From: Ascidiella aspersa
Lineage: Eukaryota
Assembly: GCA_963924565.1 (NCBI GenBank)
Contig: OZ004613.1
Location: 28,086,001-28,150,000, forward strand
Direction of reading: 5' to 3'
Length of the DNA stretch: 64,000 bases
Below the pieces are notes generated by a model that searched no databases, was not told the DNA's origin, and worked only from the letters and a program-made list of their open reading frames with translations. A program made the translations under genes and the position numbers. This document shows, in pieces, positions 12,001 to 22,271 of the stretch. Position 1 is the first letter of the stretch, and every line of letters starts with the position of its first letter.

Positions 12001-15000
12001 GTAATCTTTAGCTAAAAAAGCCTCAAAAATGTGTTCAACAGCTACATGCAACTTGCAAGCAACAAGTTGTTTATCCTTTATATATTATATATATAATTGT
12101 ATGCTTAACAATGTTTATTGTGGAGTGGTGCTTCTTTCAATAGTTGCCTTACTACCGACATACATACGCACCTCAGATTTGCCTTGTGTTCAACAAGAGA
12201 CTTGAAGTAATCAGAGAGTTTTTTCTGCATCACAGCAAGCCTTAACCAGGCTCTGCCACGACCAAGGTGCGTCCTTAATAAAAAGAGCGCATAATTGTAC
12301 AAACATGAAATTGCATTTTATCAGTGAATTTTCCTATCAGGGGCGTAGTGTGATAATAATCTGTTGGTAAAAAATTAAAAAAAAAAATTAACCAAAGAAG
12401 CCTACAATTAAACAAGGACAAATGTACCTTTAAAAAATTCTTCCTTTTTAGGAAAATAGAGTGACCACCACTTTCTACCACTACATTACCATGCTCTGTC
12501 ACAACCCAATCTTATAATTGTACAAATGGATTGCTTTATCAGTGAATTCTACTATCAGTGGCACGGTGTAATAATCTGTTGGTCTTTTGACCTGGATTAC
12601 TGATAGCAAAGGTAAAAATTTTACAAAAGAACCCTACAATTAAGGGTAATTGTAGCATAGATAAATTTGTCTTTTTTTAGGGAAAATTTCTACCACTGCA
12701 TTTTTAGGTAATTAGCATTTTAATATTATTTTAAAAGGAATGTTAACATCGTGAATACAAATTTGCTACTCTTTCCATATAAACTAAATGATAATATTTG
12801 GCAAATTATAAACCTTGAGTATACAATATTCTTAACTTAGAAAAGATATTTAAAAAAAAAAAATAGAAAATTGGAAAATATGTAGACACTTTCACCCACG
12901 AATCCACGATTAACACTTTTTTGACTAGAAAGGTTCACTTAACTGAAAAAGCCTAATTTAAATATTTGATGTGTAGGTATATTTGTCTATAACTATGAAA
13001 CTGTTGTTACCGGATTCCTGGCAGACTGCGAACGCTGTTTGTGATTTCTTTAGCATCCGGGCAAAATCTTTCAATTGATTCCAACGCCGGCCAAAAGTAC
13101 TTGTTTTGAATGAAAAAGTTTTTTGGATCTAAATGATAAAAACAAATAACTAAGTGACATCAGAGCTCACTAAATCATTGCTGCTGAAATATGGCATTAG
13201 TTGAGTTACACAAATGAAACAATTTTGACCAAAAATTGGAAACTCTTTATTTTAACTTTTATAAATATAATATAATTCTTTAAATGTATTAGCTTTTAAA
13301 AAAAATATATATATTTTTACAGGTAAAATTTTAACCAATCACCTTTTTACCAGTGCATTTAATGTTTAACATGTGTAACCTGCCCCTAACACTCAAAACC
13401 ACAGTGTTATGCCCCCTACCCCCCAAGTGTTTTAAAGACATAAATTTACCCTACACTTTGTCCTTTTAATTGTGTGCCACATTTTTACACCAATGTGCAA
13501 ATTGTTTAAGTGCACCTTCATAAACAAAAAAAAATCACCATTGCATCGTCTCTTTTTCTATTGTTTGAACTAACTTGACATATTCAAGTTGTTGTGTACA
13601 CATATCAAAGCTTCCAGTGTACTAATTTGACTTTTTGCATACGTCATAGAGCACAGCGTTACTAGTTTTGAAGTGACAAAATTACATAAAAAAAATAAAA
13701 AAATTTAGGCAGGTTGAACAAGGCCTATGTATTTTATAATTGCCTAGTTAATTTAAGTTAAAAAATGTTTTTTTGCAAATTAATGAATTAAGCTATTTAA
13801 CATGAAAGCTATATTTAATAAACTAAAAATCACACATGACGTTATTCTGGCAGAAGTTAAAACTAAAGAGTCCAGTAATGTTATAATAAATGGTATTACT
13901 ATGGAGTACAGACAACTCAAAATAGAAAGTGGTTTGAAAACTTTTGTATATATATACATAAATTTCTTCATTTATTATATTTTCAAAAAGCGCTCACTTT
14001 TTAAGCCTTGTCTTAATATGTACTCCATGACAACGAAGAACTGTTGCAGCGATTCGTGGTCGCTGTCCAATGTATGGCCAGCTGATAGGGATGATCCGAT
14101 CAGACCTTTAATGCTTAATTTAATCATACCTGTAACAAAGTTAATAAAATAATTTTTACAAAAGATTTCTATGTGAATTTTAGGTATGGAGATCATAAAA
14201 ATACAAACAAACCTTATTAATATTTTTAGTTTAAAATAGGAAATACTTTTCTGGCAAATAAATTATTTTAACATAATATCAGTTCTCTAATTATTTGTTC
14301 GACATACTAAACATCCTAATAAACTATGACAGGAATGCATTCTATCCTGTGGTTTCACACTTATAAACATAATAAATCTAGCACAATGCACCACAACCAT
14401 GTTTTTAATGAAATTAAGTCATTACCGAGCAAATTCCTCCTTTCAACCTTCATTTGATTTGCAGTTGCTTCGCGTACATCTTCACCGATTCCATTCTTAC
14501 TCATCTCATCTGAAAGATTAAAAAACAAATTATATGTAAAGACATAATGAACACTCCTGGGGGAATTCCAAAGAAATACCTGAATATCTTAAGTTAAAAT
14601 CTGGAAAATTTTCCTACTACGTATTACAGAATGGACAAAATGAATATAGATCATTTTTGGTTTATTGATTTATTCTGTGCTTTGCACCAATTCAAAAGAG
14701 CAAATTTTTTTTTGGAAATATCCATATTAAAACTGCATAGTTTTTAATTTTATAATATAGCAAATTTGCCAACAATTTTAAGACACAACCACAAAAAACA
14801 CTTCTAAAGAAATTCCGGGAAAGACCTAAAACTCAAGAATTTTTTATTTATTCTCTTTTTTTGTGCTTTGCACCGATTCAAAAGACCTTTAAAAAATATA
14901 TATCTAAATTAAATTTTTATGATATTTACTTCTTTTTTATTATATAGTGACTTCATCAGAAATTCGCCAACAATTTTAAGACACAACCACAAAACACACT

Positions 15001-18000
15001 GAGGAAATCCTGGGAAAGACCTAAAACTCAAGAATGGTCAATATGAATATAGATCTTTTTCTGTATTTTCATGCTATGCACCAATTCAATAGACAGATCA
15101 CGAAATAATAATTTTTTGGAAATGTCTAAAATAAAACTTTATGATTTTAACTTTTTTACAATACTATATAAACTTTCATTTTTTTTTTGGAAATATCTAA
15201 ATTATAATACAGGAAGAAATTTGCCAACAATTCTAAGACACAACACAAAAAAAACACTCCACCTTCCACTGTGCTGGCAATCAAAGCATTGGAGGCGATT
15301 GCATCGTCACAGATTTCCTTCAGACACAACCAATCGCCATCGACCGACACTTTGAAGTTACACAAATACAAGGTTTCCATAGCTTTCAAAGTTTCACTGT
15401 TACTGTCGCTGTAACGACACGAAGCATCCGCTGCGTCGGTCAAACTTGGAACCGGCGAAACCGGGTGAGCATAGAGGTCATCGAGGTCGTTAAACGACGT
15501 GTCACCCCAAAATCTTGGTGGATCAGACGGAAAAACGCTCGACGTCAGCGTAAAGTAATCGCTTCTCAAAGGAAAATCGCTTGCTTCGGAGTTGCAACTT
15601 GTTACAGTTCCACATCCACTGTCTTTTGTTGAAGATCTTGGTACCGCTGTGGTCTGACCGTCCCATTTAGACGGAGCTGTGTAACGCTGCGGGTAAAAAT
15701 CATCCTGTGAGTACGGGTAAAAACAGTCGTCGCCGTTTTGGTGGATAGAGTCGTGAAAAACGCGGTGTACACTTTCGTCGCAAACCATATCTTGGCGATT
15801 ACTCGTGATTGTGACTGTCATCGGCTTAAGTTTGTCATCTTCCATTTCATCGCTGGCTTCACTGTCGGCGACGCTTTCCTTTCGTGAACGCGAACACTTG
15901 GCACGGAACCGCTTCATGTACTTGTCGAAGAAATAGCCGCCGCTGCTGCGTGAACTGGTCTTGCGCTTCTTCAGACCTTTGCGCGGAACTGGAATTGGCG
16001 AACTAATCGGGCTGCTTGCGGGTAAACGACTCGGCTGGTAGCTGCAAGAACGCGGAATCCTGCGTCCATTCCTAACCATAAATAGACTCGGTCTGCTATG
16101 GCTTTCAAGCGTATCGCAGCTGTTTACGCTGTAGGAAGAATTGCTGTCTACTTGTTCCGATGAAAGCACTCCGCAAAACGGCAACTTCCAACCTTCACTG
16201 TTTTCATCGATGGCACTCATAGACCGAGGTATCTTCTCGGTGTAATAGCTACCGCTTCTCGAAATATTGTGCATTGACCTGGAAATGCGGTAGTCCCGGA
16301 GCCTTTGTGGGTGAACCTCGTTGTAGCCCCCGTTGATTAGGTAGGGGTGATGCTTGTAATGACTGGTGGGGCTTTTTCTGATGATCGGCATTGTTTTGTT
16401 TTTTTTCACGATGACGGACAAAAAAAGTAGAGAATAAATATAGAGATATCACAACAACATGTATGTTTCAACTTAGAATAACAACAGCAAATACACTAAA
16501 AAAACCTGGCAGATAAAATCAAAAGTTTAAGCCATTGCAACAACGAAGGTCGCCACACCTGAGCTACCAAAAGTAAGCAAGTGTTAAACTACAGAAGCAG
16601 TAGAGGAACCAGCCAGACTGATCAATACAAGCACGCCACTTTTTTCTCTCTCTACGATCAATATGCTCAGGGTTATCAATAATTTAGGCCGCCTTTTGAA
16701 AGCACTGAGCGTCCTGCAGTTTACAGAGATGACATCACCATTCCATGGGTGCACTTTTGCATAGAAAGCGTGCCTTAGGGTTGCCTGTTGTAATAGATTT
16801 CTCCAAATGAAGACACCATACACCAGTAATGACTTGCCAGGTTAAACTCCCAAGAGAAAACAAACAATTTGGTTGGCGATTGACTTAAAAGTTTCTTTAA
16901 GCCTAACTTCTACACTTCTTCCAAATCAATCTAAAAAGTGCTGAATTGGTTTGCTGTTAAATTTATCGATACCGCTAGTACTTTGCACTGAGCATTTGTG
17001 TTTAGATCAGTAAAGTGCTTTACTACTATTTTGCTCATTCAACATATTTAGAGTTTCTGTATTATTAGATGACTTGATTTATTAATTATAATATATATAA
17101 TTATGCACTTGATAATCACTGGAAACAAACATGTTAAAATTTAAGATGTTTTAGTTTATTGAAAAATTATGAATTAAAAAAAATTATGGAATAATTTTAA
17201 TAAAAACATTCAGCTAAGAAAAATTAAACCAATGCCAGATTATAATAAGTAATGATTTTGTTTTAAATCCTATAGGAAAGCACTTGGAACCAAAACAGTA
17301 TTATTATAGAAATAGTAATGTTATTTTATTCACAAGAAACTAGCCATACTAATACAATTGACTGAAGGTAAGGAAACAAGTTTTTTTTTTTAAATTAAGT
17401 AAACTTTGGTTTCAATTGATTTTAAAAAAAAATTACACATTCTATAATGGTGAGCAATAAAAAACTTAAAGAGTCAGAAAACACACTCCTACATATATAT
17501 CGGAGTCAATACATTTACGCCAAAGAAAACATATAATTTTCATAAAAACAACTTTTCTTTAATAAGAACTTCCAAATTAGTCAATTGCTGTCATTTTCAT
17601 GGGTGGCTGATTGATAATTGTTTGGCTGTATTCAGCATAATCAAAGTTAATATATAAAAAAGAGTTATATAATTAACCAGGCTTACAGTATCTGAAATTG
17701 TAGCCTTATCAAGTAATATTGCCTCATATTACCCCACTGCGGTCACCAGTATGACGTCATAATACATGTGGCCAGTGTTCACTAATGTGTGACCAACACC
17801 TAAATCGAGGGGCTCAACATTTCACAGTCGATCCTATTTAAAGGTGTTTGACTTAATGCATTTTAATATTTTTAGGTTTTATGCTTATCGCGTGTATGAC
17901 TGAAATTTGAATATACTTAACAAGAAGTATCTACTGAGTGAAGTGACTCTGTCTAGAGTTCAAGAAGTTAAGAATGGGTGTTTTAGCGGCCTGCTTCCTT

Positions 18001-18969
18001 GGAGTCAGATATATAAAGGAACGTGTAAGAGACAAAGTAACCGCAAACGCTAGAATGGTCTCTGTACCTACACCAATCGTTAAAAGGTTCACAAAACAAT
18101 TTTTTATAAAATTGATAATTGTCTTTATATAGTGCTATCTATTTACCCTATTTTATGTTAAACATTTTGTAACATAGACCCTTTTTTTTTTGGTTTCCAT
18201 GGTTCAGAGATGCTGTCATATTACAAGAAACTTAAAAAAACTCCTGTTTCTAGTCAAACTTATGTGCAAATATTAAACTTAACTGGAGCCACAATACACT
18301 CAAGGAGATGGTAAAGCATTTTCTTTTATAAATTTATGCCTTTCTTTAAAAAAAAAAACATTTTAACTTAAATTATCTGCCAAGATTCCAATGAGCGTCC
18401 ATGGAACCCCTAAACCTAGTTCATGTAACCCCAAGGAGTCCATGGAGAATTAGACAAACACCATTAACAAAGATTGTCAAAATCATTTGGATATTGGTCC
18501 CAAATTTAGTCTTGTCGCCTCTAATGAATATAAATTACCTTTTTTTGAATTAGACAAATACGTCGATTAACAAAGATTGGCAAATAATTTGGATATTGGT
18601 CCCAAAAGAGTCTTATCATCTCTAATGAACATAATCACCTGTAGGAGTGGCTGGGGATTCTTTGGAAATCGATTTCCTGGTGAAGGATTTGAGACTGTTG
18701 AGGGAGGAAGTGAAGATAGAAGGAAGAGCAATCCCGCTGGCTTTGGAAGAGTCAACCCCGGATTCTGAGATGCTGTCGAACTCGGAGGGTGTCGAAACTT
18801 CGGTAGTCTCAGGTGCAGTCGTAGTGTCTTCGGAATTCTCAGTGCCACCGAGATTTGAACTTTCGCTTGACGGGTCATTTGGACTGTGATTTTCCGCTTG
18901 ATTTTCTTCGGTTTTTAGAGGCAGTGACATCTGCTCGGCGTTTTGCTGTTCCACGTTCGTCTCATCCAT
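1..18969 (-). CDS. RUFY: RUN and FYVE domain-containing protein (RUFY1/2/3 co-ortholog), multi-exon, 3' end outside window
   Basis: Exons 18969-18639 (or alternative 16391-15263), 14509-14426, 14129-13998, 13128-13011, 12273-12172, 11335-11212, 10059-9917, 8833-8653, 7297-7181, 6455-6288, 5813-5716, 3208-3122, 2315-2091, 1197-1071, 49-<1. All introns GT-AG with consistent phases. RUN motifs ([37 protein letters not shown]), coiled coils, and FYVE ([23 protein letters not shown]). Confidence 0.95.
1071..1197 (-). CDS. RUFY: RUFY exon, start of FYVE ([42 protein letters not shown])
   Basis: aag acceptor, gtaag donor, WxxD and CxxC motifs. Confidence 0.92.
2091..2315 (-). CDS. RUFY: RUFY exon, coiled coil ([13 protein letters not shown]...)
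   Basis: cag acceptor, gtagg donor, phase 2/2; IEREWRQ is typical of RUFY1/2. Confidence 0.9.
2350..3100. repeat. Degenerate AT-rich minisatellite (ttg(c)agttgg..tt..tt..tttaaaa units); inverse copies at about 3480-3900
   Basis: Recurrent agttgg motifs at roughly 35-40 bp spacing. Confidence 0.45.
3122..3208 (-). CDS. RUFY: RUFY exon ([28 protein letters not shown])
   Basis: ttcccag acceptor, gtgaag donor, 87 nt, phase 2/2, coiled-coil-like. Confidence 0.85.
3925..4026 (-). CDS. RUFY: Candidate RUFY cassette exon ([35 protein letters not shown])
   Basis: Strong acceptor ctctttattcttcccttatag, donor AAG|gtaaag, 102 nt, phase 2/2, open in the RUFY frame; no homology support. Confidence 0.5.
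4586..4911. mobile_element. Foldback element with a hammerhead motif in each arm (Penelope-like/retrozyme-type remnant)
   Basis: Near-perfect inverted arms agcttgagaagcg...cgcttctcaagct (over 120 bp); hammerhead cores at 4646-4687(-) and 4810-4851(+). Confidence 0.65.
4810..4851 (+). ncRNA. Minimal type I hammerhead ribozyme motif, intact core
   Basis: ACAAA-CUGAUGA-U-GCCAU(UUAU)AUGGC-GAAA-UGCA-UA-UUUGU; palindromic AUGCAU stem III. Confidence 0.8.
5716..5813 (-). CDS. RUFY: RUFY exon ([32 protein letters not shown])
   Basis: tttag acceptor, gtaag donor, phase 0/2. Confidence 0.88.
6288..6455 (-). CDS. RUFY: RUFY exon ([32 protein letters not shown]...)
   Basis: Conserved RUFY coiled coil; cag acceptor, gtaac donor. 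Confidence 0.93.
6560..6840. mobile_element. Divergent pair of tRNA-derived SINE-like units
   Basis: A-box AGCTCAGTTGGTA and B-box GTTCGAA on minus (6633-6700) and plus (6774-6840); no valid cloverleaf; further copies at about 29585-29690, 31385-31730, 55233-55470. Confidence 0.72.
7181..7297 (-). CDS. RUFY: RUFY exon ([39 protein letters not shown])
   Basis: aag acceptor, gtatg donor; LDEMY motif. Confidence 0.88.
7377..8093. mobile_element. Non-autonomous hAT (Charlie-like) MITE, 717 bp
   Basis: TIRs CAGGGGTCGGCAACC / GGTTGCCGACCTCTG; 8-bp TSD ttttagta/ttgtagta; splits a family-B repeat copy. Confidence 0.85.
8653..8833 (-). CDS. RUFY: RUFY exon, first coiled coil ([20 protein letters not shown]...)
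   Basis: aag acceptor, gttggt donor, phase 2/0. Confidence 0.85.
9917..10059 (-). CDS. RUFY: RUFY exon ([12 protein letters not shown]...[13 protein letters not shown])
   Basis: Matches RUFY VIDFSMYLK and LDQKNYVEELNR; gttcaa donor fixed by phase. Confidence 0.9.
10925..11200. mobile_element. Third hammerhead-bearing foldback family, decayed; relatives at about 4190-4330, 54230-54500 and 61540-61600
   Basis: Inverted arms gtgccaacgtttcga / tcgaaacgttggcac; mutated core CTAAAGA...GAAACGTT at 11088-11123; shared tail ccggaagaacaatttt...cagcaaca..atattca. Confidence 0.5.
11212..11335 (-). CDS. RUFY: RUFY exon, RUN domain end ([41 protein letters not shown])
   Basis: Conserved RUN C-terminus; cag acceptor, gttttt donor. 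Confidence 0.93.
12172..12273 (-). CDS. RUFY: RUFY exon, RUN core ([23 protein letters not shown])
   Basis: RUN signature; aag acceptor, gtgcgt donor. Confidence 0.94.
13011..13128 (-). CDS. RUFY: RUFY exon ([39 protein letters not shown])
   Basis: tag acceptor, gtaac donor; matches QNKSFW...EITASV..LPG. Confidence 0.92.
13998..14129 (-). CDS. RUFY: RUFY exon ([43 protein letters not shown])
   Basis: RUN N-terminus; cag acceptor, gtgag donor. Confidence 0.94.
14426..14509 (-). CDS. RUFY: RUFY first shared exon ([27 protein letters not shown])
   Basis: tttcag acceptor, gtaat donor, phase 1/1; ERxNL motif. Confidence 0.88.
15263..16391 (-). CDS. RUFY: RUFY alternative first coding exon B, about 376 aa, Ser/Arg-rich, ending near [23 protein letters not shown]
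   Basis: aaaacaATG at 16391 with an upstream in-frame TGA and no AG between them; donor G|gtggag is phase 1, matching 14509; motif resembles the N-terminus of human RUFY3 (AMETIYLCKFRVSMDGEWLCLREL). Confidence 0.85.
18639..18969 (-). CDS. RUFY: RUFY alternative first coding exon A, acidic Ser/Thr-rich (MDETNVEQQ...TPT)
   Basis: tcaaaATGG start, donor G|gtgatt phase 1. Confidence 0.8.
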
Positions 18970-20094
18970 TTTGATTTTATGTCCGGGGACAGGGTGAATT
19001 TTTACAAATCTTTTTTTTTAAGTATGAAAACACCAAGCGAACACAATGATATGATAAATGATTTAGGTTACATACTGGAATGGCGAAATAAAATACAGGG
19101 TAAACTTCAAAACAAAAATCGTTTGATTAACCTTGTTTATATATATACTTAAATTAATTATGATATTAAATGGGTAGAATTTACATACAAATGACATACC
19201 AACAGTTCAACAAAATAAGATAAGTGGTCTGAAGATATTCAAAAAAATGGTATTTTACCAAAGAGTTGTAAAAGTTGAAATCCAGAACTAAAAATGGCCA
19301 AATTTAAACCACAACAAGTGGAAACAAATGTACGTATATGAAAGTTTAGCTTTTTAACAAGCCAGTTTTATAAATATAATTGATAACTAACAAATACACT
19401 ATAAAATACCGTGGTACATATATAGCAATAGCCATCTGGGATGTATGAAAGATTTTAACAAGAACTCATGGGAGCATGATCTAAAAAAAGGTTAAGCGCA
19501 TGCTGTGTGCATCAGCCTAAAAATTGCAGCCCAGTATTGATACACTTTGAAAAATCAAGAGTGCATCTTAATTTTGGGGGCGTTTATCTGTTAAAAATAT
19601 TAATACTAATTGCTTTTATAAAATCGTTGGTGTGGAACCCACTCTAAAAAATCTTCGGTATGCACCCTCCAGTTTTTAAAAAGAATAATAATAAAAGCTT
19701 ATTCCTAAACATTGCATTCTTAGTATTATTGCTGAAATGGAATAAATTTTAGGAAAAAATAATCGCTGTTAAAAAGAAAAGATTATTATCTATTTTACTA
19801 CAGTTATTGAAATTTAAATACGGGTGCAAATCATTTTAGCAAAACTAAAAAAAATAAAATCTTATTGTTTGTGTTTTTGAGTCACAGTACTCTGGTTAAA
19901 TTTCACCACTCTGCAGTCTATGGTGTTCAAATTTTACTTCGCTATATCTATAACGTGTAAAGGTGGAAAACTACCAAAACAACGAGACGTAAAACGCAAA
20001 AAAAAAGTTTGCAAAAACTTTCAAACATCAGCAAATGAACTAAAAAAAACGTCAACAATAGCTTTCGCTTGCTACGCTTGAGTAATTATGACAC

Positions 20095-20125
20095 AATAAG
20101 GTCACGTGTGCCGCGCGGCACAAAA
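20095..20125 (-). promoter_or_regulatory. Candidate RUFY promoter element: GTCACGTG E-box (CLEAR-like) with GC patch
   Basis: ggtcacgtgtgccgcgcggca at 20100-20120, about 1.1 kb upstream of the exon A ATG; TSS not known. Confidence 0.3.
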
Positions 20126-21748
20126 GGTTCTTCCGAAAGCAGTTTTTACTTTTTACCTTTCATTGTCTCTGGAAATTTACGCTGTTTCATATAACCCTCA
20201 CTTGCAGATATACTGTCTGTTCTACCTAAGAGAAATCTCTTTGGTTCTACATTCTAATTACAAAAACAAGTTGTCCTAAACTGCTAATACTTCATTGACA
20301 ATGGGAAAGTCCGGACTTTTTATTTTGCTGGTTGTTCCAAAAAGCTGATATTCAAATTCTTATTAAAGTCTGTAACATTTTATTTAAAAATACACGGCTA
20401 ATATTGCAACAATGTTAGTATATATAGTAAAATAACAAGCAAATAACCCCGGGACGGTTTTATTTTTAATTAAATTGATTACTTCTTAACCCCAGTTTAA
20501 GAAACCCCTGAATTATACTGTTACGGTAACTTGTTTGGTTTATTCCACCACAGAAGGTCGCAGGGTAGCAGGGAAGCAAAGAGACCAAAGAAGGCTGCTG
20601 GTCTAGGCGAGAAACAGGACCGTTTCTCACGAAGAGAGGAAGTACAAATGGTATCGACAGAAACAAGAAGAAGGCGATTAATAGAATACAGCAGGAAAAT
20701 CGTTTGGCAGGCCAATTTACCGCACAGCAGAGGTTCAGAGTCGCTAAAGTAACACATAGTATTATAACCGGTACTGTCGAAAATGCATCCCAATCTTGTC
20801 TATTGAAAAGTTAAAGGCAACCAATAGTAACGTAATAAGTGTATGTTCAGCGTTATGACACGGCGTTTACTTCGAATGTTGGAAAATCGTATAGAATTCT
20901 ACATCCTTAGAAATAAGGTATAGCCCTTTCGGTGGACGGCAAAAGTAGCAACGTGCAGTGTTGTAAACAAGTCATTTTTAAATGATTTAAAACTTCCAGT
21001 ACAGTCATTCTAAGAGCAGGTCAACCTTAAGTCAAATTACGGATGAAAATCTAAAACGTTAAACTATTAAAATTGAAAAACTTAAAAGTTGTAAATCCAT
21101 TCTATAATAACGTAAAAAGTCAAGTCTTTTGCAAAAAAAAACAACAAGTCAAGATCAGTTAAAGTCACCAATTGCCCAAGGCAAACACCAGTCAAGTCAA
21201 TTTTAGAGTAAGTCAAATACAAGTAAAGTCAAGTCATTATGAGAGCGGGTCAACTTCAAGTCAACTTTTCATAAAGATTTAAAACTTTAACTTATTAAAA
21301 TTGATAAACTCAAAAGTTGTAAGTCCAAATCTATAAAAACTTAAAAAGTGTCCGTTAAGTGTTATGACAAGGCGTCACTTTGAATGTTGCTTGCAGCATT
21401 TTAGTGACGGGCAAATTTACACGCAGTGTTCTAAACAAGTCAATTTAAAATGTCCAGCTGGGTCATTTGAAAAATAATTTAAGTCCAAGTCTTTTGAAAA
21501 AAATAACCAGTGAAGCACCAGCTACAAGTCAAGTAAAGCCAGTGTATAAAGTGTATAGTAAGTGTTGGCACGGTTGCCACTATGTTGGAAAACCGTCTAG
21601 AATTTTGCCTAATTAGAAATACAGTCCATTCGGTCGACGGCAAATGTTTCAAAATGCATTAACTCAAATCCCTGTAAAGCACCTTGAGTTTGTGCCAGTC
21701 GCTTTCAGCAACTAAAACCGCAACAAAAATTCCCGTTTTTACCACACA

Positions 21749-22271
21749 TTACATGCTTTTTAGCTTTTCCATTGCGTGTCGCGCCTCCATGGCCGCTTTG
21801 GCGAGGTAGTAAGCAGACTTCTCGAAGATTCTCCTAGCGACGCCATCCTTGGCTTTCTCGCTCCTCAAATATCGCACGTTGTTGGAAAAAGTTGATACAT
21901 CCGAGTAATAAAGCCAACTGCTGTTTCGCAACATCTCCATATCAAAAAGGGCGTTGATTTCAGCAGGGCTGCTCCAGTTAGCCGCCAGCCAGCAAGGTTC
22001 AAATCGCCTTAGGGTAAAATGGAAAAAGCCTATCTTGGCTTTTTTCAGGTTCTTGTTCAGTTTTCGTAACTCCTCGATCACTTCGAACCCGAAAAGGTCG
22101 AGTTTTGGCGGGGTTGCGATGTAGATTCGGGTCCACTTGCGTTTCAGGGAGGCGTTGATCGCTGTGGCGACGTCTAGCGGAATTATTTTCGGGATTGTTT
22201 CGCACATTTCCGTGAAGCGATAAGAGTTGGACCCGTGGCAGTGCACCGAGACCCAGTCGTTTGTGTCGAAC
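21749..22271 (-). CDS. O-FucT-like terminal exon 4 (FDTNDW...IYIAT...STFSNNV...stop)
   Basis: tttttcag acceptor, TAA at 21749. Confidence 0.87.
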
